From UHGV virus genome UHGV-1882326: a DNA stretch of 64,000 nt; one strand, given 5' to 3'. Within the stretch, counting starts at the first letter, position 1; each line of letters starts with the position of its first letter. The position numbers and the translations under genes are program-made. Below the pieces are notes generated by a model. It was given only the letters and a program-made list of their open reading frames with translations, had not been told where the DNA came from and did no database searches. Of the stretch, positions 49,294-58,385 are shown piece after piece. The DNA comes from a virus.

Positions 49294-50229
49294 ATGATAG
49301 AAATTGGTAGGACTTATCGTTATAAAGAACTTTGTGAAGCTATAGGAAAAGATAATGTTATAGGTTCTTATAAAACTACTTTACTTAAAAGTATTTATAA
49401 AGATTATGAAGTAATTCATAAAAACGGCTTTTATAAAATCATAAGAAAATATTCACAACAAGAAAAAGATGCAAAAGAGATTAAAGGAATGTATCAAAAA
49501 CTGCTTGAAGCTATATTAAGTAATTTTCTATCTCAACAAGATAATTATTCAGTTTGTACCTCAATGATGGAATTACTTTTAGCTTGTGGGATTATCAATA
49601 CAGATTTTAAATACTGTAGGTATAATATTGATTCTTCTTCTAAAATACTTAAAAGCGACCCTTATGATTTAGAAGAATATATTACAAAATCTTATAATCT
49701 CCTTAGTCGAATGTTTAAAGATATTCTCGACCAACTTGAAAGTAAAGCTCTAATCAAATGCCGAAAAGGTTACAAGCTGTTCAAAGTCAATAACATGGGG
49801 TTACAAAGCGGTAGTAAGGTGGTAACTCTTGGCTCAAAAGAGGAAACGATAATTATCAAGGCTGAGGAAGAAGGACTTAAGGAAATGGGTCTTACTAAGC
49901 TATTTGAAGTATATAGAAACGAAATTAGTATTGAAACATTTAAAAAAATCACAAACAGGAAGATAAAAGAACAGTTTCCAGATTATGACGGTTATTACAA
50001 AGTATATCATATCACTTTAAATCGCACAGGACTTTGGGAGAACAAGAATAATATTTATAAAGAACTTAACAAAAAAATTCAAACTAAGTTATTAAAGAAT
50101 AAAGGTTTATCTGAAATAACGCAATTAAAGAAAATGGTAGACGCTACAATTAATTTATCCAGACCATTTAAAATACAAGAAAATTTAAAGCTTATGAAAA
50201 AGTTGGAAGGAGAGAATAACAATGAGTGA
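49294..50229 (+). CDS. hypothetical early protein, paralogue 2
   Basis: The ORF track gives 49192..50229. The likely start is ATG 49294, directly after the kinase stop. It is paralogous to 47459..48472. Confidence 0.5.
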   Translation: MIEIGRTYRYKELCEAIGKDNVIGSYKTTLLKSIYKDYEVIHKNGFYKIIRKYSQQEKDAKEIKGMYQKLLEAILSNFLSQQDNYSVCTSMMELLLACGIINTDFKYCRYNIDSSSKILKSDPYDLEEYITKSYNLLSRMFKDILDQLESKALIKCRKGYKLFKVNNMGLQSGSKVVTLGSKEETIIIKAEEEGLKEMGLTKLFEVYRNEISIETFKKITNRKIKEQFPDYDGYYKVYHITLNRTGLWENKNNIYKELNKKIQTKLLKNKGLSEITQLKKMVDATINLSRPFKIQENLKLMKKLEGENNNE

Positions 50230-50470
50230 GATTAAAAAAGTAGAAAATGGTGTTACAACTAAGTACAAAGGTGTATGGAACGCTACAATCTGTGTTGAAG
50301 AAAATTTTACAAGTGATGAATTTACAGAAGAAGATTTACATGATTTTGCAAATAGATGTGGTAAATATACTGAGGAAAAATTACAGAAAGTTGTTGAAGA
50401 AATTTTGTCAAAATCTTTAGATGGTAAAGTAAGTGTAAGTAATTTCAATTATAATTTTTATGAAATTTAA
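50222..50470 (+). CDS. small acidic hypothetical protein
   Basis: 82-aa ORF overlapping the upstream stop. Confidence 0.35.
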   Translation: MSEIKKVENGVTTKYKGVWNATICVEENFTSDEFTEEDLHDFANRCGKYTEEKLQKVVEEILSKSLDGKVSVSNFNYNFYEI

Positions 50471-50584
50471 AATAAATAATAATAAAACGGAATATATTAA
50501 CGAAAATAAATAAAACAATAAAATAAATCAGAAAGGATAGGTTAGGGTAGCTACTAAGGACATGTCACCTTTCTGGTAAATAAA

Positions 50585-51190
50585 ATGGAGAATAAAGTAT
50601 TAGCAGGTGCGAAACTTGCAGGTGGAAATCCAGAAAACGGACGAGTTGAAAATGATTATTACGCAACCAATCCAGAAGCGGTAAAAATGTTATTAACTAA
50701 GTATACATTTGATGCGCATACAATCCTAGAACCTTGTGTTGGCGGTGGGCATATTGCCAATGCAATCAATGATTTCTATGTAAACAAAAGAGAAATTACA
50801 GGGATAGACTTAGTAGATCGAGGATATCCTGGAACAATTGTTGCTGATTTTCTCACATATAAAACTGATAAAAAATATGAAGGAATTATCACAAATCCAC
50901 CGTACTCGCTCGCAAAGGAATTTGTAGAAAAGGGTATGGAGTTACTGGAAGATGATGGTCAAATGGCTATGTTTCTCAAAATCCAGTTCTTAGAAGGTGC
51001 TAAGAGGAAGGAGTTATTTGACAAATATCCGCCGAAGTACATTTATGTTTTCAGAAACAGAATGGCGACTTGGAATAGTGGATTAGAGAAAGACCCAAAG
51101 ACAGGAAAACGTTGGGCGACAACAATGTGTCATGCATGGTTCGTTTGGGAGAAAGGAAGCACATCTGAACCGGTAGTAAGATGGTTATAG
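50585..51190 (+). CDS. orphan DNA N6-adenine (or N4-cytosine) methyltransferase
   Basis: 201 aa. Motif I LEPCVGGGHI and motif IV ITNPPY are present. No restriction endonuclease gene is adjacent. Confidence 0.75.
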   Translation: MENKVLAGAKLAGGNPENGRVENDYYATNPEAVKMLLTKYTFDAHTILEPCVGGGHIANAINDFYVNKREITGIDLVDRGYPGTIVADFLTYKTDKKYEGIITNPPYSLAKEFVEKGMELLEDDGQMAMFLKIQFLEGAKRKELFDKYPPKYIYVFRNRMATWNSGLEKDPKTGKRWATTMCHAWFVWEKGSTSEPVVRWL

Positions 51191-51357
51191 TATGTAATGC
51201 TACTATATATAGTGACTGCCATTAGGATAATATACAATATATATGGGAATAATTTGTATTCTATTAGTAATAACAGTAATTGGAATACTTGCATTACCAG
51301 ATGTATTAAGTGCTTGGTCAGCAATGAGATTAAATGAAAAACGGGAGGAGAATGAAG

Positions 51358-52044
51358 ACGATGAAAACGATTTTTAATTGGATTGCAGATGATTGGCGTA
51401 GGGTAAAAAATCATTGTAGAACCACAGATAATAAGGATTTTACAGAAAAAGATGCAACTGACACTTTTAAAAAAAATTTGCTTATTTCTGAACATAGTCC
51501 TATTAGATTGCTTGAATTTGATTGGACTTGGAAAGCAATTAAATACTGGCTTAGTACTGAAATGAGCCGTCATAAATATGAAAAGTTTATATCTACAGCA
51601 AGAGATGATAGGGGATTTTCAGAAAGAAAAACAGAAGAGGGATATACAGTATGGGACGAAGCTACAAAACAGAACATTGAATATCACCCATTATCCAGAG
51701 ATGACGCTCCACAGAAAAATCCTGTAAATTTTGATGGGTACGCTAACATGCAGAATTTAATTGACGTTTGGCGTAAGAGATTATGCTTCTGTTGTACTAA
51801 AGATGCAAGAGAATTGGCAGAAGATTTTAAATATGTTTTACATGAAACTCACCCTATTGAAGCTGATGTATTACAGAAAAATTGTATATACAGATGTGGT
51901 TGTCCAGAGTTTAAATCTTGTGGATATTGGGAAAATTTTTGTAAAAAATACAGTAAAGAAGATTTGACAAATATTCAGACAAGATATGATTTGGCTAATA
52001 AAGAGTTTTATGAGAATTATAAAAAGAGGGATAAATCATGTTAA
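51358..52044 (+). CDS. hypothetical protein with C-terminal Cys cluster
   Basis: The ORF track gives 51334..52044. The likely start is ATG 51358 after GGGAGGAG. It has a C-terminal CFCC...CGCPEFKSC. Confidence 0.35.
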   Translation, partial: TMKTIFNWIADDWRRVKNHCRTTDNKDFTEKDATDTFKKNLLISEHSPIRLLEFDWTWKAIKYWLSTEMSRHKYEKFISTARDDRGFSERKTEEGYTVWDEATKQNIEYHPLSRDDAPQKNPVNFDGYANMQNLIDVWRKRLCFCCTKDARELAEDFKYVLHETHPIEADVLQKNCIYRCGCPEFKSCGYWENFCKKYSKEDLTNIQTRYDLANKEFYENYKKRDKSC

Positions 52045-52268
52045 GAGAAAAACTTGAAAAATATTTAGGAAAGCATATTGGAATTAGATTGTTTGATGGC
52101 AATGTTTATAATGGATATTTATGCAAGTCTGGAAATAAAGAACGCTTTCCAAATGACCCTAACTTATATATACCAAAAAATTATTATTTTCTAGTAGACA
52201 AAAATGATAATGTAATTTCTTGTTTGTTTAGAAGTTCTCATGTTACACGATTGCTTGTAAAAGAATAG
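52038..52268 (+). CDS. small hypothetical protein
   Basis: 76-aa ORF. Confidence 0.3.
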   Translation: MLREKLEKYLGKHIGIRLFDGNVYNGYLCKSGNKERFPNDPNLYIPKNYYFLVDKNDNVISCLFRSSHVTRLLVKE

Positions 52269-52276
52269 GAGAAATT

Positions 52277-52813
52277 ATGGCTAACAAATATTATTACACC
52301 GCTTGTCTTAAAAAAGATGATGATAGTGGGGTTATTAAAGATAAAAGAAACGAATACAACGAAGCCCTAAAAGATTTAGTTGAATTAAATAATGACTATA
52401 ATTACAGAATACTTAATAATACTATTACTTTTATAGGTATAATTAAACATAAAGCAAATGAAAGTCCTTTTGACAGAATAAGAGATTTAAACGAAAATCT
52501 TACTTTGGATGTTTACACTAGAATTGTAAACGCTATGGATAAATTGAGAAAGAAAGACGAAAAATATATAAGTATCGAGGGAATTAGTGGTGGTATATCA
52601 AAAGATTATATGTGTTCTAAAAGAGTAAGATATAATTGTAATATAGCTTTTGACATAGAAGCCTATTATGACGGAGATTCATTTGCTTTATTTGAGTTTC
52701 AGATATATTTAAAAAGAAAAGATAAATATGAAGATTGCTGTACTTTACCAAGTTATTTTGGAGAACAGCAAGAAAAAGCTTTGCGAGAATTTATAAATAT
52801 GTATATTGATTAA
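52277..52813 (+). CDS. hypothetical protein
   Basis: 178-aa ORF with an AGGAGA RBS. Confidence 0.35.
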   Translation: MANKYYYTACLKKDDDSGVIKDKRNEYNEALKDLVELNNDYNYRILNNTITFIGIIKHKANESPFDRIRDLNENLTLDVYTRIVNAMDKLRKKDEKYISIEGISGGISKDYMCSKRVRYNCNIAFDIEAYYDGDSFALFEFQIYLKRKDKYEDCCTLPSYFGEQQEKALREFINMYID

Positions 52814-52818
52814 GGAGA

Positions 52819-53103
52819 ATGATTATGAAAGAATTAAAAGAAACAGTAGACATGATGAACAGTGAAGATTATAAAGAAAGATTTAAAGCTGAATATTGGC
52901 AGACTTATATCAGATATGAAAAATTAACAAAAATGGTTGAAAACTGGGAGAAAGGTGAATTAAATTTTACACCTACTTGTGATAAAAAAATATATAAGAC
53001 ACAGTTACTTCATATGGCTAACTATCTTAGTATTCTTAGAGTAAGAGCAAAGATTGAAAACGTAGATTTAGGAATTGAGGAAGAAAATGAAAAAGACTGT
53101 TAA
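52819..53103 (+). CDS. small hypothetical protein
   Basis: 94-aa ORF. Confidence 0.3.
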   Translation: MIMKELKETVDMMNSEDYKERFKAEYWQTYIRYEKLTKMVENWEKGELNFTPTCDKKIYKTQLLHMANYLSILRVRAKIENVDLGIEEENEKDC

Positions 53104-53383
53104 TAATTCTACAAAGTTAAGTCAAGAAGAATTTGTTTTGTTTAGTAAAAGAATGATTCAAAGATACTATACAGAATTGTTTGGTGGCAATACAGTATCA
53201 TCTGATGAAATATTTTTAGTATGGTATTGTAAGACTTTACAGAATCATAAGGCGTTACTGGGTGTTATTGGTCAATATGATGAATATTTTGAAGCTATCT
53301 ATGACGGTGATAATAATAAAGTCTATCTGGACGTATATAAGAAAGATAAGAATATTGTAGCTGAACCGATACGAATTGAATAA
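53075..53383 (+). CDS. small hypothetical protein
   Basis: 102-aa ORF overlapping the upstream gene. Confidence 0.3.
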   Translation: MRKKMKKTVNNSTKLSQEEFVLFSKRMIQRYYTELFGGNTVSSDEIFLVWYCKTLQNHKALLGVIGQYDEYFEAIYDGDNNKVYLDVYKKDKNIVAEPIRIE

Positions 53384-53421
53384 AAAAGAATAAAAAGTTT
53401 TAAAATTTTTGAAAAAAGTTC

Positions 53422-53450
53422 TTGACGGATTAAGGAAAGTATGATATAGT
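53422..53450 (+). promoter_or_regulatory. strong sigma-A-type promoter preceding a ~730-nt untranslated, structured region
   Basis: TTGACG (53422..53427), then a 17-nt spacer, then TATAGT (53445..53450). Confidence 0.6.
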
Positions 53451-54184
53451 ATAAACATAGCAAACGAGAGAACAAGTAAATGAGTAAACGTAGTTAATTA
53501 TTTAGTCGAAAATTTACAGAGTTTGACAGTTGCTAAAGTAACTAAATTTATAGGTTTTGCATGAGGAAGAGTTATTGTGTATAAGGGCAGCCGAATGTAA
53601 TTAAAATCTACGGAGAACAAACTCCGGTAAAAACCGTACTATGAAAGTGGTGTATATCTTTTTTGTTAGGTTCAGCTTTTATCTAAATCGTGTGTAGACG
53701 AAGAAAAGATATATAAAAGCAAAAATAGGTTTTTTCTCTGAATCATGTTAAATCGGCGGTTGGTTGGTTATTAAGTGTAAGCGCAAACACGTAATAACGC
53801 AACATGATGTGTCACTACTCACAACCGCTTTTGGTATGCTATCCACACATACCAAAGCCTCCTAATTCGCAATACAAAAGATTAATTTTCTCCTTTTTGA
53901 CTAGCAACTTTTCTGGTAGATGGACGTGAATAGTCAAAGATGGCAACTTGTTTTATCGAGGAATAAGTTGCCACATACATAGTAATTGAAAACTGAATAT
54001 TTGAGATTACTAAAAAATCCGTTAATAATGAAAATGCTAAGTATTCATAGATACGATAAATATTTAGCTTAAAATGTTATTAAAAACCTACTCTGTAGAG
54101 ATATAAACCATGGCAGTGAGAACGTATCTAGTCTGTGATTACAGAATATTATCCTTTGGTAGCGGTTGAGGGGATATTAATTAA

Positions 54185-54256
54185 AGGGCATTAGCCAAGC
54201 GGAAAGGCAAAACACTTTGACTGTTTCATGCGTAGGTCCGAATCCTACATGCCCTG
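54185..54256 (+). tRNA. tRNA-like element, possible tRNA-Gln(UUG) with atypical T-loop
   Basis: A cloverleaf can be drawn with a 7-bp acceptor stem AGGGCAT/ATGCCCT and a D-arm GCC-aagcggaaa-GGC. The anticodon stem AAACA/TGTTT carries the loop CTTTGAC (anticodon TTG). The T-arm GTAGG-TCCGAAT-CCTAC has C where the near-universal U55 is expected. Confidence 0.45.
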
Positions 54257-54286
54257 TTTATAAAAATAAATGTTTGGTGATTAAAA

Positions 54287-55084
54287 ATGAATACTAATAT
54301 TAAATATTATGAACGTAAAGTTCCAATAGTTGATACTTATTCTGTTAAAGAATTAGAAGAAATTGTGAAAAATTCATATTCTTTTAAAGAAGTAATTTTA
54401 AAATTGGGATATAAAACGCAGAATGGAAGTAATATAAAAACAGTAAGAAACAGATTAGAAAACTTAAACATTGATTATAGTCATTTTGCTTCTACTATGC
54501 AAATAAAAAGAACCTATGAAAATGTATTTTGTAAAAATAGTACAGCTACACAGCATGTTTTAAGACGGTGGTATAAGAAAATAAGTAATGATAATATTTG
54601 TACTATTTGCGGACAGGATAAAATCTGGAATAATAAAGAATTGACTATGATTTTAGACCACATTGATGGCGACAATCATAACAATGTAACTTCAAATCTA
54701 CGGTGGATTTGTCCTAATTGCAACAGTCAGTTGCCTACATTTGCAGGCAGAAATTTAAGAAAAGGTGAAAAAACTGATAATAGTAATATTGGTTATTCTC
54801 CTACAAAAATTAGAAATGTAAAGTTAAAACATACAAGAGAAAAGAAAATTTGTCCTATTTGCAACAAAAATATCCTTTCTAACAGTGATAATAAAATGTG
54901 TATTGATTGCTACAAAAATTATCAATCCAGAAATATTCCTGCTAAAGAAGAGTTAGAAAAATTAATTTATAATACGCCTTTTGTAAAAATTGGTAAAAAA
55001 TACGGGGTATCAGATAACGCTGTAAGAAATTGGTGTAAGAAATACGGCTTACCTTATAAATATAATGATTTACACAAAAGATAA
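54287..55084 (+). CDS. HNH homing endonuclease
   Basis: 265 aa. It carries the motif CTICGQDKIWNNKELTMILDHIDGDNHNNVTSNLRWICPNCNSQ plus extra Cys4 clusters. It is flanked by tRNA-like genes. Confidence 0.75.
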   Translation: MNTNIKYYERKVPIVDTYSVKELEEIVKNSYSFKEVILKLGYKTQNGSNIKTVRNRLENLNIDYSHFASTMQIKRTYENVFCKNSTATQHVLRRWYKKISNDNICTICGQDKIWNNKELTMILDHIDGDNHNNVTSNLRWICPNCNSQLPTFAGRNLRKGEKTDNSNIGYSPTKIRNVKLKHTREKKICPICNKNILSNSDNKMCIDCYKNYQSRNIPAKEELEKLIYNTPFVKIGKKYGVSDNAVRNWCKKYGLPYKYNDLHKR

Positions 55085-55189
55085 TTAATTTATTATGTTT
55101 AAGTCTTGTTGGAAAGAATTAGTAGATATTATAGGTAATCTATTAAACAATGCAAGTTCAACTCTTGCACCTAAATTTTTATCATAAAC

Positions 55190-55263
55190 GGAACAATATT
55201 TCAACTGGTTAGAAAGTTCGGCTCATAACCGAAAAGTTATAGGTTCGAGTCCTATTTGTTCCA
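55190..55263 (+). tRNA. tRNA with CAT anticodon (elongator Met or Ile-lysidine type)
   Basis: Acceptor GGAACAA/TTGTTCC, D-stem TTTC/GAAA, anticodon stem TTCGG/CCGAA with loop CTCATAA (CAT at 55224..55226), T-arm ATAGG-TTCGAGT-CCTAT, discriminator A. It is not initiator-like, having a 1:72 G:C pair and no GGG/CCC in the anticodon stem. Confidence 0.8.
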
Positions 55264-55450
55264 TTAGAAGAATAATTAGTATTGAAATACACCACCTTAT
55301 AATTGTAATGACGTTCTCCCCCTAAAATAACGTTTATTACTGCAATATTAATTGTTCTTCACAATACAAAACAGTAATACAGTATAACAACTCCCACCAC
55401 CAATGTTTATGCTGTATTACTGTTTTTTATAGAACAGTAAGCCAAAAACC

Positions 55451-55472
55451 CCCATTAGCTTTAGCTGATGGG
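55451..55472. repeat. 22-bp palindrome, copy C, at the left end of the tnpB copy 3 element
   Basis: CCCATTAGCTTTAGCTGATGGG, 44 nt upstream of the tnpB copy 3 start. It is the reverse complement of the core of copies A and B. Confidence 0.7.
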
Positions 55473-55515
55473 AAGAATAGCGGAGAACAATTAACTGAGA
55501 GTGAGGTGATTATAG

Positions 55516-56627
55516 ATGTTGGTAGCATACAAATACAGATTGTATCCGAATAAAGAACAACAAGAATATTTTGCTAAATGTTTTGGGTGTGTACGATTTA
55601 TCTATAATCGTATGCTTTCAGATAAGATTGACTATTATAAAGAAACAAAGAAAAAGCTGAATAATACACCTGCTCAGTACAAGAAAAAGTTTGAGTGGCT
55701 AAAAGAAGTAGATTCACTTGCATTAGCAAATGCTCAAATGCTCAAATGAATTTGCAGACAGCCTATAACAATTTTTTCAAATGTCCAGAAGTGGGTTTTC
55801 CAAAATTCAAAAGCAAGAAGAATAATCACTTCTCTTATACTACAAATAATCAGGGAGGAAACATTTATGTGACAGACCGATACATAAAACTCCCTAAGAT
55901 TGGACTTGTTAGAGTTCGGAAACATAGAGATTTTGAAGGACTAATTAAGTCTGTTACTATTTCTAAAAGTCCGTCTGGTAAATACTTTGTTTCAGTATTA
56001 GTAGACCAAAAAGATAAAGAAAAATTAATTCCAAACAATAACCAAATTGGAATTGATTTAGGTATTAAAGAATTTTGTATTACTTCTGATGGAGAGATGA
56101 TTCAAAATCCAAAGTTTCTTAGAAAGTCTGAAAAGAAATTAAGAAAATTACAAAAGGATTTATCTCGTTGTCAAAAAGGAAGTAAAAATAGAGAAAAATG
56201 CAGAATTAAAGTCGCAAGACAACATGAAAAGATTGCAAATCAACGTAAAGATTTTCTACATAAGTTATCTAGGCGATTTATTAATGAAAACCAAATCATT
56301 GCATTAGAAACTTTGAAAATTAAAAATATGATGAGTAATCATAAATTAGCAAAATCAATAGCAGATGTATCATGGTCTGAATTTGTAAGACAATTAGAGT
56401 ATAAGGCTCAGTGGTATGGTAGAGAAATCGTAAGGATTGATACTTGGTATCCATCAAGTCAGATATGCTCTAATTGTGGTCACAAAGACAGAAGAAAGCC
56501 ATTATCAGTAAGAGAATGGATCTGTCCTAATTGTGGTACACATCATGAAAGGGATATAAATGCAGCTATAAATATTCTTAAAGAAGGTTTGAGAATTAAA
56601 ACGGCAGGAACTGTCGAGATAGTCTAA
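55516..56627 (+). pseudogene. tnpB: tnpB copy 3 (IS605-family), frameshifted by an 8-bp tandem duplication
   Basis: It is split into 55516..55749 (MLVAYKYRLYPNKEQQEYFAKCFGCVRFIYNR) and 55695..56627 (RuvC-like domain plus zinc finger CSNCG...[19 protein letters not shown]). The sequence TGCTCAAA occurs twice in tandem at 55731..55746, and removing one copy restores a single ~370-aa frame. Confidence 0.85.
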
Positions 56628-56692
56628 GTAAACTTGTGCGGTTACGCATATTGATTAGAAAATCCAATGAGTTTTAACTCATGGGTAGTTCA

Positions 56693-56740
56693 GAGGTAAG
56701 TTAATGAGTAGATGTAGAGGTAAGTTAATGAGTAGATGTA
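56693..56740 (+). repeat. perfect 24-bp tandem duplication abutting the right end of the tnpB copy 3 element
   Basis: GAGGTAAGTTAATGAGTAGATGTA occurs twice, immediately after ...ATGGGTAGTTCA. It duplicates the N-terminus of the downstream ORF (MSRCRGKL-MSRCNC). Confidence 0.9.
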
Positions 56741-57081
56741 ATTGTCAGCATTGTGACGCTTATATTAACATTTCAGTAAATTGGTTCACAATGTATTTCT
56801 ATGAGGATTTAACAAGATGTTGGATTTTTTGGCATATGAAAATGAATCATAGTTTTCAGAGTACAGAAGATAATTGGTTTACTTTTGTATTAAGATTTAT
56901 TGGGTTGATGCTAAAGTTTGATTTAGCCTGTGTGTTGATTCCAGTGAAGATTGTGTTGTTACCATTTGTAATATTGGACAGATTTTTATTCTTTGACGCT
57001 AGAAGAGATATGGATTTTGAATATTTGGATAGTGATGAAATTGAGGAAGATGAAGATAAAAGCGAGGATAAGGAGAATTAA
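56728..57081 (+). CDS. hypothetical membrane protein
   Basis: The ORF track gives 56704..57081, but the first 8 codons lie in the duplicated repeat, so the start is probably the second ATG. It has hydrophobic segments and an acidic tail. Confidence 0.35.
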   Translation: MSRCNCQHCDAYINISVNWFTMYFYEDLTRCWIFWHMKMNHSFQSTEDNWFTFVLRFIGLMLKFDLACVLIPVKIVLLPFVILDRFLFFDARRDMDFEYLDSDEIEEDEDKSEDKEN

Positions 57082-57087
57082 ATAAAA

Positions 57088-57612
57088 ATGAATATTAATT
57101 TAGTGAAAATTAAAATACATGATAATACAACTTCATACAAATATTGCTCTTATGACTTTTGTTGTGAAGAATTAAAAGAAGTTTTAGAAAGTGAATATGA
57201 AGAAGATAGATATATAACTTTTACCAATGAAAATGTCATTGATAATACAGATAGAGAATATGAATATCCGTCAATCTGTATTGGTGTTTTAACAGTTGAT
57301 GAATTTGGAGAAAGTGATTCATATAATAATTATCCTATTAAATATTGTCCGTTTTGTGGAGAAAGAATTAAAATTACAACAATTAAAGAAGAAGATTGGA
57401 CAAAAGAATATGAAGATTTTAAAAAACATCTTGCTGATTTAGATAAAAAAAGAAAAGAAGAAAAAAATATTATTTCTTATGACGAATATAATAAAATATC
57501 AAAAAAGATTTTTGAGGGTAACAAAATTCTTAATACTTTTTATTATACTAATAATTATGAAGAATTTTATAATAATATGACAAATATTAGAAGCATGAAA
57601 GGAAAAGAATGA
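57088..57612 (+). CDS. hypothetical acidic protein
   Basis: 174-aa ORF. Confidence 0.3.
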   Translation: MNINLVKIKIHDNTTSYKYCSYDFCCEELKEVLESEYEEDRYITFTNENVIDNTDREYEYPSICIGVLTVDEFGESDSYNNYPIKYCPFCGERIKITTIKEEDWTKEYEDFKKHLADLDKKRKEEKNIISYDEYNKISKKIFEGNKILNTFYYTNNYEEFYNNMTNIRSMKGKE

Positions 57613-57902
57613 AAAATATAGAAATGAGTTTTGATTTTAAATTTGGAGATAAAATAAAACCTGTAGACCTCTGCCAATATACTCTTGCTATTGACAGTGA
57701 AGTATATTTGCAAAGTATAAGCAACATGAAAATAGTCAATGCTAAAAGTCTTATTGCGCTTAGCCAGTTTCCTTATTTTCCTAACGAAACTGTAAGGCTT
57801 ATTATTAAAGATAACAAACCAAGTGAAGCAAACAAGGCTCTGGAATATTTTCTAAGTCAGAACACATTTGTTGTCAGAAAGCGAGTTGTTCAACATGATT
57901 GA
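57609..57902 (+). CDS. small hypothetical protein
   Basis: 97-aa ORF with overlapping stop and start. Confidence 0.3.
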   Translation: MKNIEMSFDFKFGDKIKPVDLCQYTLAIDSEVYLQSISNMKIVNAKSLIALSQFPYFPNETVRLIIKDNKPSEANKALEYFLSQNTFVVRKRVVQHD

Positions 57903-58326
57903 TAAATTAAGAGAAGCAAAAAAAGGTAAACTTACCAAAGAAGAAAACGCCATTAAACAAGTTTCAGCATGTATAAAAGCATGGGAAAATAATGAACCTG
58001 CGACACTTAGCACTGAAACAATGAAAACAATCCTTAAAACTTTAAAAGAAATAAAAGATTTTCGTGATGTTGGCAACGTAAAAACTATAAAAGAATTAAA
58101 AAAACTCAGCCTTAAACGTCAGCCTAAAAATCTTAATAAAAAATATTGTGACTATAAAGTTGACGATGAAGAAATCCATTCTTTCTATGGCATCTGCCCC
58201 AACTGTGAGCAACCATTAAATTTCTACTGGCATCAGAAATATTGCGGTAACTGTGGACAAGCCCTTATCTGGCGAAACTTAAAGTCAGTCATAAGCAAGA
58301 AAGACCTTGACAAAATCATAAAGTGA
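57868..58326 (+). CDS. hypothetical protein with C-terminal zinc ribbon
   Basis: 152 aa. CPNCEQPLNFYWHQKYCGNCGQ. Confidence 0.35.
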   Translation: MLSESELFNMIDKLREAKKGKLTKEENAIKQVSACIKAWENNEPATLSTETMKTILKTLKEIKDFRDVGNVKTIKELKKLSLKRQPKNLNKKYCDYKVDDEEIHSFYGICPNCEQPLNFYWHQKYCGNCGQALIWRNLKSVISKKDLDKIIK

Positions 58327-58342
58327 CACGTTCACATTTTTA

Positions 58343-58385
58343 AACCCCTTAGTAACACAAAGTACAAGGGGTTCTTTTTTATTTT
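58343..58385 (+). terminator. rho-independent terminator of the rightward operon
   Basis: AACCCCTT-(15 nt)-AAGGGGTT followed by CTTTTTTATTTT. Confidence 0.7.

Noticed and set aside
51130-51573. 147-aa minus-strand ORF
   Set aside because: It overlaps the 3' end of the well-supported MTase gene and the next plus-strand gene in antisense, and has no RBS. It is spurious.
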